From IMG/VR virus record IMGVR_UViG_3300035670_000035, positions 32,001 through 96,000 of that record: DNA of 64,000 nt, one strand, 5' to 3'. Source of the DNA: a virus. A program made the position numbers and the translations under genes. Below are positions 37,098 through 46,329 of this stretch, in pieces (the first letter of the stretch is position 1; each line of letters opens with the position of its first letter). Below the pieces are notes generated by a model. The model was not told the origin of the DNA. It did no database searches and worked only from the letters and a program-made list of their open reading frames with translations.

Positions 37098-38582
37098 ATG
37101 ATTTATTCGGTCCAAATTGAGCGCCACGTTTTAAGTGGTCTTATTAAATATCAGAACTTATTTGCGGATGTAGATGTTTTTATATCTGAAAATGACTTTT
37201 ACAATGATGTACATTCTACTATTTATGCCGTATATAAGAATATGCGACACAAAGGCGAGAATATAGATAAAGTATTACTTGCAGAAAAGATTAAAAATCT
37301 TGGAATATCTTTTAAAGATGATATTAATATTTACGATTATATAGATAATTTAAGCTTCTCTCAAATAACAGAGAAAGCCACGATGGAGGCTTGTCAAGAG
37401 CTTCTTAAATTAAGAATAAGAAGAGAGATAGTAGAAACAGCAGACAAGATTAAGACTTTTGTTTCTAAAAATAGTGAACTAACAGTAGATCAACTTTTAG
37501 CTGATGCAGATGCTATGTATAATGGAAAAATTTCAGCATATTCAACAAATGATATACCAATTAATCTTTTTAAAGACGCAGAAGATATTATTGAAGAAAT
37601 AGGTAATAGCCCTAGAGAAGAAATAGGTTTGGTAACCCCATATCCAGAATTTAATAGAATGTATGGCGGTTTAAAAAATGGAAATATTTACGCAATCGTA
37701 AGTAGGCCAGGTCAAGGAAAATCAACATGGATTAATGATATGTGTTTTAAGACATCAATAAATCCAAAGAATAAAACAAAAGCTTTGATCTTGGATACAG
37801 AAATGCAAGCTTTAGATATTAGATTTAGAATGATATCTTCACTTACTGGAGTTCCAGTATGGTATTTAGAAACTGGAAATTGGAGAAAAAATCAAGAAAT
37901 GGTAGTGAAGGTTAGAAATGCTTGGTCAACAATCAAGAACTATGAATATGACCACTATCATGTAGGATCAAAAAATATTGATCAGATTTGTTCGATCATT
38001 CGTAGATGGCATCTTTCTCAAGTAGGAAGAGGTAATCAAGCAATTATCGCTTATGATTATATAAAATTAACTGGCGAAAAAGTTGGTCAAAATTGGGCAG
38101 AGCATCAAGCTATTGGAGATAAGATTGACAAATTAAAAAGAATTTCAGAAGAGCTACAAACCCCAATAGTAACAGCGATGCAATTAAATAGAAGCGGCGA
38201 ATCTTTTAATAAAAAAGGTTCTGATATTGTTGATGATGCTTCAGCGATATCATTGTCAGATAGACTTCAATGGTTCGCTTCTTTCGTAGCTATCTTTCGT
38301 AGAAAAACAGTAGATGAATTAGCTTTAGATGGACAACAATTTGGCACTCACAAACTTATACCAACTAAAACTAGATTCCAAGGTAAAGATTCTGCTGGAC
38401 ACCAAGATATTGTCAGAAGGCTTGACGCTTCTGGAAAAGAAACATGGGCACAAAATTATCTAAACTATAGAGTAGAAAACTTCAATATAACAGAACACGG
38501 ATCATTGGTTGATGTTGCTCAAAGACAAAGAGAGCAATATGAATTAAATGATCGAAACCAAAACGATGGAGAACTATTATGA
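37098..38582 (+). CDS. dnaB: Replicative DnaB-like helicase
   Basis: ERHVLSGL N-domain, GLVTPY..FN..YGG, RPGQGKS, DTEM, YDYIKL, AMQLNR; no intein. Confidence 0.92.
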   Translation: MIYSVQIERHVLSGLIKYQNLFADVDVFISENDFYNDVHSTIYAVYKNMRHKGENIDKVLLAEKIKNLGISFKDDINIYDYIDNLSFSQITEKATMEACQELLKLRIRREIVETADKIKTFVSKNSELTVDQLLADADAMYNGKISAYSTNDIPINLFKDAEDIIEEIGNSPREEIGLVTPYPEFNRMYGGLKNGNIYAIVSRPGQGKSTWINDMCFKTSINPKNKTKALILDTEMQALDIRFRMISSLTGVPVWYLETGNWRKNQEMVVKVRNAWSTIKNYEYDHYHVGSKNIDQICSIIRRWHLSQVGRGNQAIIAYDYIKLTGEKVGQNWAEHQAIGDKIDKLKRISEELQTPIVTAMQLNRSGESFNKKGSDIVDDASAISLSDRLQWFASFVAIFRRKTVDELALDGQQFGTHKLIPTKTRFQGKDSAGHQDIVRRLDASGKETWAQNYLNYRVENFNITEHGSLVDVAQRQREQYELNDRNQNDGELL

Positions 38583-39238
38583 ACGTAGAATTAGTATCAA
38601 TTACAAAACCAGAAATTAAAGGAATTAAAAACGCAGAAGACCTTGTTGCGTTTTGTGCAAGAGTCAGTAATCCATCTAATCAGATGAATACAGAAACTGC
38701 TCCAAAACTTTTGAAATTCTTGATAAAATACAAACATTGGAGTCCGTTTGAATTAGTTGATATGTGTGTTGAAATTAAAACTAGTCGTGGTATTGCAGCG
38801 CAAATCCTTAGACATAGATCATTTAGCTTTCAAGAATTTAGTCAAAGATATAGTATCGCAAATGAGTTTGAGGATATTGAACTCCGTTTGCAAGGAGATA
38901 AAAATAGGCAAGTTGGCGAAAAGTTAATGCCAATAGACACAGATGCTTATGATAAAGTTAGCGAACTATTAGTAGAATCACTTTCAATCTCACAACATTG
39001 TTACGAGACAATGATTGAGAATGGGGTAGCTAAAGAAGTAGCTAGGATGATACTTCCTTTAACCACTCAAACAACGATGTATATGAAGGGATCTCTTCGT
39101 AGTTGGATTCATTATATAGAACTAAGAACAGAACAGAATACTCAGAAAGAACATAGATTAATAGCTGAACGTTGTAAGAAAATTTTTATTAAAGAATTCC
39201 CAGTAATTAGCGAGGCATTAGAATGGAAAGCGGAGTAA
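38579..39238 (+). CDS. thyX: Flavin-dependent thymidylate synthase
   Basis: HWSPFE, RHRSFSFQEFSQRY, EVARMILP, LR....QKEH. Confidence 0.97.
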   Translation: MNVELVSITKPEIKGIKNAEDLVAFCARVSNPSNQMNTETAPKLLKFLIKYKHWSPFELVDMCVEIKTSRGIAAQILRHRSFSFQEFSQRYSIANEFEDIELRLQGDKNRQVGEKLMPIDTDAYDKVSELLVESLSISQHCYETMIENGVAKEVARMILPLTTQTTMYMKGSLRSWIHYIELRTEQNTQKEHRLIAERCKKIFIKEFPVISEALEWKAE

Positions 39239-40134
39239 ATATTCACGAAATCTTAACTAGCATAGGCTATACTCTAAAAGATTTTGGCAAAGAGTATAGA
39301 GCTAAACCTATTTATCGTGATAGCGATAATGATACTGTCTTAAGGATTTATAAAGACACTGGTTTTTGGGTTGATTTTAAAGAGAATATAAGTGGAGATT
39401 TTAATTCTTTAGTTAAGCTTAGTCTAAAGTTACAAACCGAAGATGAAGCCAAAACTTGGCTTAAAAATAAAAACTTTCAATACTTTGTTGCTCCTACTGA
39501 AAAACCTAAAGTAAAAGACAAAAAGATCTTTGACAAAGATTTATTATTAAAATTATCTAAAGATCACACCTATTGGATAAATCGAGGAATTGAAGAGAAT
39601 ACAGTTCAGTTATTTAATGGTGGAATAGCATCTGCTGGCAAAATGAAAGATAGATATGTATTTCCAATTTTTAATAGTAAAAATGAAATAGTAGGATTCT
39701 CTGGTAGAGACATAACTAATAAAAGTAAAATTAAATGGAAGCATTTAGGAGATAAAAGCTCTTGGTGTTATCCAACATTCTTAAATCTAGAATCAATACA
39801 GAAAACAAGAGAAGTATTTCTTATTGAAAGTATAGGTGATTGTCTATCTTTATATCAAGCTGATATTAAAAATACTATCGTAACTTTTGGTTTAGAAATA
39901 AGCGTCTCAATTTTAAATTTCTTATTAAAAATCGATCCAATTAAAATCTATATATCATTTAATAATGATGAAGCTAAAAATAGCGCAGGTAATGAAGCAT
40001 CAAAAAAAGCATATAATAAACTACTAAGATATTTTGACCCAAAACAATTAGTAGTAAAGCTTCCAACTAAAAAAGATTTTGGCGAGATGACTATAGAAGA
40101 AATACAATTATGGCAAAAGAATCTAAACAATTAA
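39223..40134 (+). CDS. DnaG-type (Toprim) primase with degenerate zinc-binding domain
   Basis: YWINRGI, RYVFPI..VGFSGR, KWK, VFLIESIGD, FNND..AG, KDFGE. Confidence 0.8.
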   Translation: MESGVNIHEILTSIGYTLKDFGKEYRAKPIYRDSDNDTVLRIYKDTGFWVDFKENISGDFNSLVKLSLKLQTEDEAKTWLKNKNFQYFVAPTEKPKVKDKKIFDKDLLLKLSKDHTYWINRGIEENTVQLFNGGIASAGKMKDRYVFPIFNSKNEIVGFSGRDITNKSKIKWKHLGDKSSWCYPTFLNLESIQKTREVFLIESIGDCLSLYQADIKNTIVTFGLEISVSILNFLLKIDPIKIYISFNNDEAKNSAGNEASKKAYNKLLRYFDPKQLVVKLPTKKDFGEMTIEEIQLWQKNLNN

Positions 40135-41069
40135 AAGTTTTATCCGCTTCAAGAATTAAAACTCTAGAAACTTGTTCTTGGGTTTACTGGAATAACTATC
40201 ACGCTAAAGTACCACAAACTCAAAACGATGGAGCGCTTAGAGGAACGATTTGTCACACTATTTTTGAACTTCTTTTAAATCCAAAACACAAGAATCATTA
40301 TAGCAAAATCATAAAAAAGAATTCTATCAAAGGTAGTAAAGCTATAACTAGACTCGTCAAGAAATTAAAAGCGAAAGTTGGATTAAATGAATCTAATTTT
40401 GAAATTCTTGACCAGATGATTATGGTTGGACTAAAACATGATTTCTTTGGTGAAAAAGATGGAAAGATTGTATCTCCAGAATATGCCTTTGAAATTAAGA
40501 ATGATGAACCAAAATACCATATCAAGGGCTTTATTGATAAGCCTATTAAATCGAAGAATAAAATGGTTATAATTGACTATAAAAGCTCTAAGGCTAAATT
40601 CAGAGGAGATGACTTAGAGGCTAATATTCAAGCTATGATGTATAGTCTTGCTAGTAAAAAACTCTGGCCTAAGTTAAAGCCTATTGTGAGATTTCTATTT
40701 CTTAGGTTTCCAAAACAACCAATACAAGAACTAGAGTTTACAGATGAACAAATTAAAGGATTTGAATACTATCTAGAACACATTAATGATTATATTAATA
40801 AATTTGACGAAAATGCTGCCAAAGCTAATTTTGCAGTAGATAATGATAAGAGTAAATGGATGTGTGGAATTGGAAACTGGAGATGCCCATATAGAGATTC
40901 CTATGAATATTATGTAAAATTAAATGATAAAGGTGATGTTATTGAGACTAGTCTAGATGGTAAATTTAAAGATATGAAAGGATTTAATATAGAGAAAAGA
41001 AAATATGATGGATGTCCAAAATTTAATAATAAAATTGAAATAAATAATACAGACGATTTTCTAGATTGA
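40110..41069 (+). CDS. PD-(D/E)XK nuclease, RecB/Cas4-like
   Basis: LSASRIKTLETC, GTICH, KGFID, IIDYKSSK, QAMMY, C-terminal MC..CPY and GCP. Confidence 0.85.
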   Translation: MAKESKQLKVLSASRIKTLETCSWVYWNNYHAKVPQTQNDGALRGTICHTIFELLLNPKHKNHYSKIIKKNSIKGSKAITRLVKKLKAKVGLNESNFEILDQMIMVGLKHDFFGEKDGKIVSPEYAFEIKNDEPKYHIKGFIDKPIKSKNKMVIIDYKSSKAKFRGDDLEANIQAMMYSLASKKLWPKLKPIVRFLFLRFPKQPIQELEFTDEQIKGFEYYLEHINDYINKFDENAAKANFAVDNDKSKWMCGIGNWRCPYRDSYEYYVKLNDKGDVIETSLDGKFKDMKGFNIEKRKYDGCPKFNNKIEINNTDDFLD

Positions 41070-41094
41070 CAATTAAAAATATATATTTTATAAT
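41066..41094 (+). promoter_or_regulatory. Sigma70-type promoter for the DNA polymerase cluster
   Basis: TTGACA (41066), 17 nt, TATAAT (41089): perfect consensus. Confidence 0.85.
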
Positions 41095-41102
41095 AATCAA
41101 AA

Positions 41103-41852
41103 ATGCAAGCTATACCTTTATTCAAATCTCATTTTAGTATAGGTAGATCAATTCTTACTCTTGAAGACGAAGAAATCGGTGAGAATGACCCAGATTCTAT
41201 TATAGATATAGCAAGAAAAAATGATATTAAAAATCTTTATTTAGTAGAAGATAATATGTCCTCTTTTCTTCAAGCATATACAAATACTAAAAAGTATAAC
41301 ATAAATTTAAGATATGGCTTGAGATTATCAATTAATGATAATATTGAAGACAAGACAGAAGAATCAAGATCAAAAACCTCAAAAGTTGTTATATTTTTCA
41401 AGACAAATAAAGGTTATAAAAATCTAATAAATATTTTTTCATTAGCCGCAAAAGAGGGATTTTATTATGAACCAAGAATAGATTATAAAAGTCTTAAAAA
41501 GCATTGGTCAGAAGAGGATTTGATTTTATGCGTACCATTTTATGATTCTTTTATATTTAATAACACATTAAAGAATTTTATATGTGTGCCAGATTTTAAT
41601 TTTACAAAACCAGTAGTGTTCTTGGAAAAAAATCATTTACCATTTGATGGTATCATAACTAATAGAATACAAAAATACGCAGACGTAAACAAATTAGAAG
41701 TTTTTAACACGAAAAGCATTTACTATAAAACAAAGAAAGATTTTAAATCTTATTTGACTTTTAGATGCATTAACAATAGAACTACATTAAACAAACCAGA
41801 ATTAATACATATGAGTAGTAGCGAATTCTGCTTTGAATCTTTAAAAGGATAA
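41103..41852 (+). CDS. Stand-alone PHP domain of DNA polymerase III alpha (N-terminal part of split DnaE)
   Basis: KSHFSIGRSIL, GYKNL, RIDYKSL, VFLE, VFNTKSIYY follow the DnaE PHP order; metal ligands largely lost. Confidence 0.8.
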   Translation: MQAIPLFKSHFSIGRSILTLEDEEIGENDPDSIIDIARKNDIKNLYLVEDNMSSFLQAYTNTKKYNINLRYGLRLSINDNIEDKTEESRSKTSKVVIFFKTNKGYKNLINIFSLAAKEGFYYEPRIDYKSLKKHWSEEDLILCVPFYDSFIFNNTLKNFICVPDFNFTKPVVFLEKNHLPFDGIITNRIQKYADVNKLEVFNTKSIYYKTKKDFKSYLTFRCINNRTTLNKPELIHMSSSEFCFESLKG

Positions 41853-41857
41853 AAATT

Positions 41858-42331
41858 ATGATAATAAAAAAACTAACAATTAATGGAACAAAAGCCATTC
41901 AAAGAGATGATAGAGAAGACAGGTTAAGAGATTATAAAAAATGGATTTATGATCAGCCTAAATTATACGCTTCCGATATTGACCAAGTTGAATGGGGGTA
42001 CAAAAATGGAGAAGAAGATCCAGTAGCAGTATTAGAATTAACGAGAATTGATAAACAATATAGACCCCCAGTTGGTTATTTTGATGCGATTATACATAGA
42101 TTTGAGATAAGAGATACTCAAGCTAGAAGAATAAGAAAGATTGCTAAGAGACTAGGAGTTGACGCGCATATAGTCGCATTTCTTCAAGATCTTTCTGAGT
42201 TTTCAATGTATAATCTATCAAATCCAAATGGATGGAACCATTTATCTCCTCAAGAATATATAAATTGGCACTATAAAATAAGAGGTCTAGATCATATGAT
42301 GAAACCTATCGAAGATCCATTCTTGGGATAA
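41858..42331 (+). CDS. Hypothetical protein, possible restriction-endonuclease-like fold
   Basis: YASDIDQVE..VAVLELT resembles a PD-(D/E)XK core. Confidence 0.4.
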   Translation: MIIKKLTINGTKAIQRDDREDRLRDYKKWIYDQPKLYASDIDQVEWGYKNGEEDPVAVLELTRIDKQYRPPVGYFDAIIHRFEIRDTQARRIRKIAKRLGVDAHIVAFLQDLSEFSMYNLSNPNGWNHLSPQEYINWHYKIRGLDHMMKPIEDPFLG

Positions 42332-42334
42332 TTT

Positions 42335-42973
42335 ATGGACGAACATTTATTAAGATATAATAAAGATAAAACATTTGTTTTCATAGATCTGGAAACATTT
42401 AATCTTTGTCTTAATTTTTGTCATAATTTACCTTGGCAAGTAGGAATGATAAAAGCTAAAGGAGATTTTAAAACTGATAGCAAGAATTTTTATATTCATT
42501 GGGATACCGATTTAAAAATCAGTCAAGATGCAGCAAGAATAACAAGATATGATCATAAAAAAGTAGAACGAGAAGGTTTAAAAATTAAAGACGCTTTTCC
42601 AACCATTAAAGACTGGTTAGACCATGCAGATTATATTGTTGGGCATAATATTTTAGGATTTGATCTTTATCTTATAAAAGAATTATACGAACATATGGGA
42701 TGTCATTGGGATCATCTTTTAAATAAAATTATTGATACAAATTGTATTGCAAGAGGAGCAAAGTACGGCACACCATACAAATGTGATGAAAACTTATTAG
42801 AATATCAATATAAGATTTATCATACTAAAAGAAAAGATGTGAAAAGTAGTTTAACTGCTTTAGGTAAAGAAAATGGGATAGAACATGATTACGATAAATT
42901 GCATGACGCAATTAATGATCTTGACTTAAATTTAAAAGTATGGAATAAATTAAAATGGCAAGTGGAGATTTAA
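42335..42973 (+). CDS. DEDDh 3'-5' exonuclease (DnaQ/epsilon-like)
   Basis: FIDLETF, GHNILGFD, IDT, LHDAINDL. Confidence 0.88.
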   Translation: MDEHLLRYNKDKTFVFIDLETFNLCLNFCHNLPWQVGMIKAKGDFKTDSKNFYIHWDTDLKISQDAARITRYDHKKVEREGLKIKDAFPTIKDWLDHADYIVGHNILGFDLYLIKELYEHMGCHWDHLLNKIIDTNCIARGAKYGTPYKCDENLLEYQYKIYHTKRKDVKSSLTALGKENGIEHDYDKLHDAINDLDLNLKVWNKLKWQVEI

Positions 42974-42974
42974 T

Positions 42975-43190
42975 ATGGCATCATTAGACGATATTTATGA
43001 TATGATTCAAAAATTAGAGGATTCTGATATAGAATATCTTTTGATAACTATACAGAAGGGCAAAAAGACTGGTAAGGCTGATGTTTTTTATTCGTTAAAA
43101 GATAAAAATTCATTTAGAATTTTAGCCCAAGGCTTAGATTCTTTTAATAGAGAAATTGATAAATTAGATGGAGAAATTGGAAATGATTAA
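42975..43190 (+). CDS. Small hypothetical protein
   Basis: 71-aa ORF between the exonuclease and dnaE. Confidence 0.55.
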   Translation: MASLDDIYDMIQKLEDSDIEYLLITIQKGKKTGKADVFYSLKDKNSFRILAQGLDSFNREIDKLDGEIGND

Positions 43191-45747
43191 AGAATTTGAA
43201 TCTAGATTTAAAGACTTAGACTTACCTCTTCATGGAGTTAGACTTCCAGAATTTAAAATCGAAAATAAGTATAAACATGAAGTAGGCATTAGTGAAGATT
43301 CTAGTAATTATGACTTCCTAAGAGCTTTATCTTTAAAAGGTTTTAAAGACTTAAATATTAACAAAGATTCACAAGAATATAAAAAATACATCGAAAGAGC
43401 AAAATACGAACTTGAAACATTAAAAGAACTAGGATTTATTGACTACATTCTTCTTGTATGGGATGTTATTAATTTTTGCAAAGAGAATAATATACCAGTT
43501 GGTCTAGGTAGAGGTTCTGCTGCTGGTTCACTTATATTATATTTAATTGGAGTCACAAGGATTGATCCTGTTAAATATGACCTTTATTTTGAAAGATTTA
43601 TATCCAAGATTCGAGCTAAAAAGCAGGTTGTTGATGGAGTAACCTATTTGGATGGTTCTTTAATGTGTGACGTTGATCTTGATATTTGTTATTATAATAG
43701 AAGCAAAGTATTAAATTATCTAGAAACCAAATTCTTGGGCAAAACAAGTAAAATATTAACTTTAAATACTTTAAGTGGAAAACTTTTAATGAAAGAGTGT
43801 GGCAAAATTATTGGAGAAAAAACAGATCAAGAAATGACTGAAGTTTCAACATTAATTCCTAAAATATTCGGTCAAGTAAAAGATATTTCTACAGCATATG
43901 AAGAAGTTAATAAATTTAAAGAATGGTGCGAAGAAAATAAACAAATTTATCAGATTGCATTGAAATTAAGGAATCTTATTAAGAATAAAGGAGTTCATCC
44001 ATCTGGAGTTCTTTTGTCTCATGATAATTTAAATAATTCTTGCCCAACAGAGTTATCAAGCGATAAAGAATCTGTTTCTAGTTTTGACATGAGTTGGGTG
44101 AGCTTATTTAATATTAAACTTGATATTTTAGGTTTAAGAAGCGTTTCTGTAGTAGATGACGTATGCAAAAGTATTGGTATAAAAATTACAGATATTGATT
44201 TGGACCATGAATCTATTTATAGAAATCTTCAAGATTTAAGATGTCCTCATGGATTATTTCAAATCGAAGCAGATACCAACTTTAAAGTATGCCAAAAAGT
44301 AAAACCCAAGAATCTAGAAGAACTTAGTGGAGTATTGGCTCTTGCTAGACCTGGAGCCTTACAATTCGTAGATAAATACGCAGCTCATACAAATTATCAA
44401 CAATCAGAAAGTATCCATCCATTCTTTGATGATATTCTAAAAGAAACTGGTGGAGTAGCTTTATATCAAGAACAACTAATGAAAATGGCTCACAAGATTG
44501 GCTTTACATTAGACGAAGCAGAAATCTTAAGAAGAATTGTAGGTAAGAAGAAAGTAGAAGAGATTAAAGATTGGCAAAAGAAAATTGAAAAGAAATGTAA
44601 AGAAAATAAAATACCAAAACAAGTAGGCGAAATTCTCTGGAAAATTTTAGAGGATTCTGCAAATTATTCATTTAATAAATCTCATTCTCTAGCCTATGCA
44701 GCTTTGGCTGCTTGTACAATTTACTTAAAGTTTAATTATCCACAACAATTTTTCTTGTCCTTATTAAAGATGACAAGACATGAGCCAGATCCTATTGGTG
44801 AAATTTCAAAAATACAAAAAGAGATGGCACATTTTAATATTAAATTATTAAAGCCTCACATTATCAAATCTGATATGGACTTTTCAATTGAGGATAATGA
44901 TATTAGATTTGGTCTACTTTCTGTAAAAGGCATCTCAGATAAATCTATTGAGAAGCTCAATAGTTTTAGAAATAAATATTCTAATAAATTTGAAATTTTT
45001 CAAGCAGCAGAAGAAGCCGATTTAAATATCGGAGTATTATGCTCCTTAATTCAAGCGGGTGCTTTAAGTGGTTTTAAACAAAGCAGAAGTAAAATTGTTT
45101 TAGAAGCTCAACTCTGGAATATTTTAACAACCAAAGAAAAGAGATACGTTATTTCTTTTGCTGATAAATTTGATCATGATTTAATCAGAATTATTAAACA
45201 TTTAAATAAATTTACCGATGAGAAGAATAAGGTTATTATTAAAGATGGTCGAATGGAGACTATTAAATCGAAATATGAACCATATTTAAAAATATATAAT
45301 CAAAATAGTAAAAGTGAAAGTTTCGCTAATTGGTATTATGAAAAAAGATTATTAGGCTATACATACGAAAAAACGCTTAAAGATATCTTTTTAGATAAGA
45401 AAGACGACTTAATATCATTAATTGATATTAATGATATGCCAATAAATGCTAAAGTTTCATTTGTTGCACAAGTTGAGGAAGTTTATTCTGGAGTTTCAAA
45501 AAGCGAAAAGAAAACCAAATATGTAAGATTAAAAGTCTCAGACGAAACAAGTAATTCAACGGTATTATTCTTTAATGATAAAATAGATACAAATAAAATA
45601 TTAAACAAAAGCAAGAACTTTGAAGAAGGTAATATTGTCATATTTAAAGGCATAAAAAGAGATGATTGTGTTTTTGGAGATTTAGGTGCAATCCAAGATC
45701 ATGATATTTATATGAAACTTAGTGAAGTTAAGAATATAAAAACTTGA
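43168..45747 (+). CDS. dnaE: DNA polymerase III alpha catalytic subunit lacking PHP (start may be 43183)
   Basis: GRGSAAGSL, DLYFERF, DVDLD, HPSG, KLDILGL, GLFQ, YQEQLM, YSFNKSH, IRFGL..VKG, C-terminal OB fold. Confidence 0.95.
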   Translation: MEKLEMIKEFESRFKDLDLPLHGVRLPEFKIENKYKHEVGISEDSSNYDFLRALSLKGFKDLNINKDSQEYKKYIERAKYELETLKELGFIDYILLVWDVINFCKENNIPVGLGRGSAAGSLILYLIGVTRIDPVKYDLYFERFISKIRAKKQVVDGVTYLDGSLMCDVDLDICYYNRSKVLNYLETKFLGKTSKILTLNTLSGKLLMKECGKIIGEKTDQEMTEVSTLIPKIFGQVKDISTAYEEVNKFKEWCEENKQIYQIALKLRNLIKNKGVHPSGVLLSHDNLNNSCPTELSSDKESVSSFDMSWVSLFNIKLDILGLRSVSVVDDVCKSIGIKITDIDLDHESIYRNLQDLRCPHGLFQIEADTNFKVCQKVKPKNLEELSGVLALARPGALQFVDKYAAHTNYQQSESIHPFFDDILKETGGVALYQEQLMKMAHKIGFTLDEAEILRRIVGKKKVEEIKDWQKKIEKKCKENKIPKQVGEILWKILEDSANYSFNKSHSLAYAALAACTIYLKFNYPQQFFLSLLKMTRHEPDPIGEISKIQKEMAHFNIKLLKPHIIKSDMDFSIEDNDIRFGLLSVKGISDKSIEKLNSFRNKYSNKFEIFQAAEEADLNIGVLCSLIQAGALSGFKQSRSKIVLEAQLWNILTTKEKRYVISFADKFDHDLIRIIKHLNKFTDEKNKVIIKDGRMETIKSKYEPYLKIYNQNSKSESFANWYYEKRLLGYTYEKTLKDIFLDKKDDLISLIDINDMPINAKVSFVAQVEEVYSGVSKSEKKTKYVRLKVSDETSNSTVLFFNDKIDTNKILNKSKNFEEGNIVIFKGIKRDDCVFGDLGAIQDHDIYMKLSEVKNIKT

Positions 45748-45772
45748 CATTCTAATAAAAGTACATTATTAT
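45744..45772 (+). promoter_or_regulatory. Sigma70-type promoter
   Basis: TTGACA, 17 nt, TATTAT. Confidence 0.75.
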
Positions 45773-45779
45773 TCTTAAT

Positions 45780-46325
45780 ATGATATCATTCTATAAACCA
45801 AATAGTAAGAACACAGGAACTGCCTGTAGTTTCAGCGTAAACGAAAAAGACTCCTCAATTTGGAGCTCTCTAATTAAACAAGCGTCTTGGAACGATGCTA
45901 AAAAGGTAGGATCTTTTTCTCAAAATCAAAATAACCCAGCAAAAAGCGTAAAGATTAAATTCTCTTTAACTGAAGCAGCTGGTATTCTAGACGCTATTGA
46001 GAGAGGAACAGAATTCTCTGCATATCATACTTCAGAGAAGCAAACTACACAAATTAAGTTTAGCCCATATATTAAAGACGAAAAACATGTAGGTTTTTCT
46101 TATATGGTATCTAAAACAGATAAACAAAATAGTGAAAATAAACAATCCTATGTAATAGGATTTTATTTTAATGAAGCTAGACTTTTAAAACAATTTTTAG
46201 GTTACGCTTTAGATTCAGTTTTTGATTCATTAAAAATTGAAATGATTAAAAAACTAAAAAATGCTAAAAAAGAAAATCAAGATAAAGTAGTTACTGATAA
46301 TCAAGAAGATAGCGAACTTTGGTAG
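45780..46325 (+). CDS. Putative Whirly/PC4-like single-stranded DNA-binding protein
   Basis: KFSLTEAAGIL..FSAYH..IKFSP..GFSYMV..SYVIGFYFNEARLL parallels the plant Whirly pattern; acidic-aromatic tail QEDSELW; adjacent to dnaE. Confidence 0.5.
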   Translation: MISFYKPNSKNTGTACSFSVNEKDSSIWSSLIKQASWNDAKKVGSFSQNQNNPAKSVKIKFSLTEAAGILDAIERGTEFSAYHTSEKQTTQIKFSPYIKDEKHVGFSYMVSKTDKQNSENKQSYVIGFYFNEARLLKQFLGYALDSVFDSLKIEMIKKLKNAKKENQDKVVTDNQEDSELW

Positions 46326-46329
46326 TTTA

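Noticed and set aside
40110-41069. CRISPR-Cas system (Cas4-like nuclease)
   Set aside because: No repeat-spacer array or other cas genes; stand-alone Cas4/RecB-like nucleases are common in phage replication modules.
10920-45747. Inteins or introns in nrdA, recA-like, dnaB, dnaE
   Set aside because: Lengths are ordinary and no C/S...HN splice motifs or LAGLIDADG inserts are visible.
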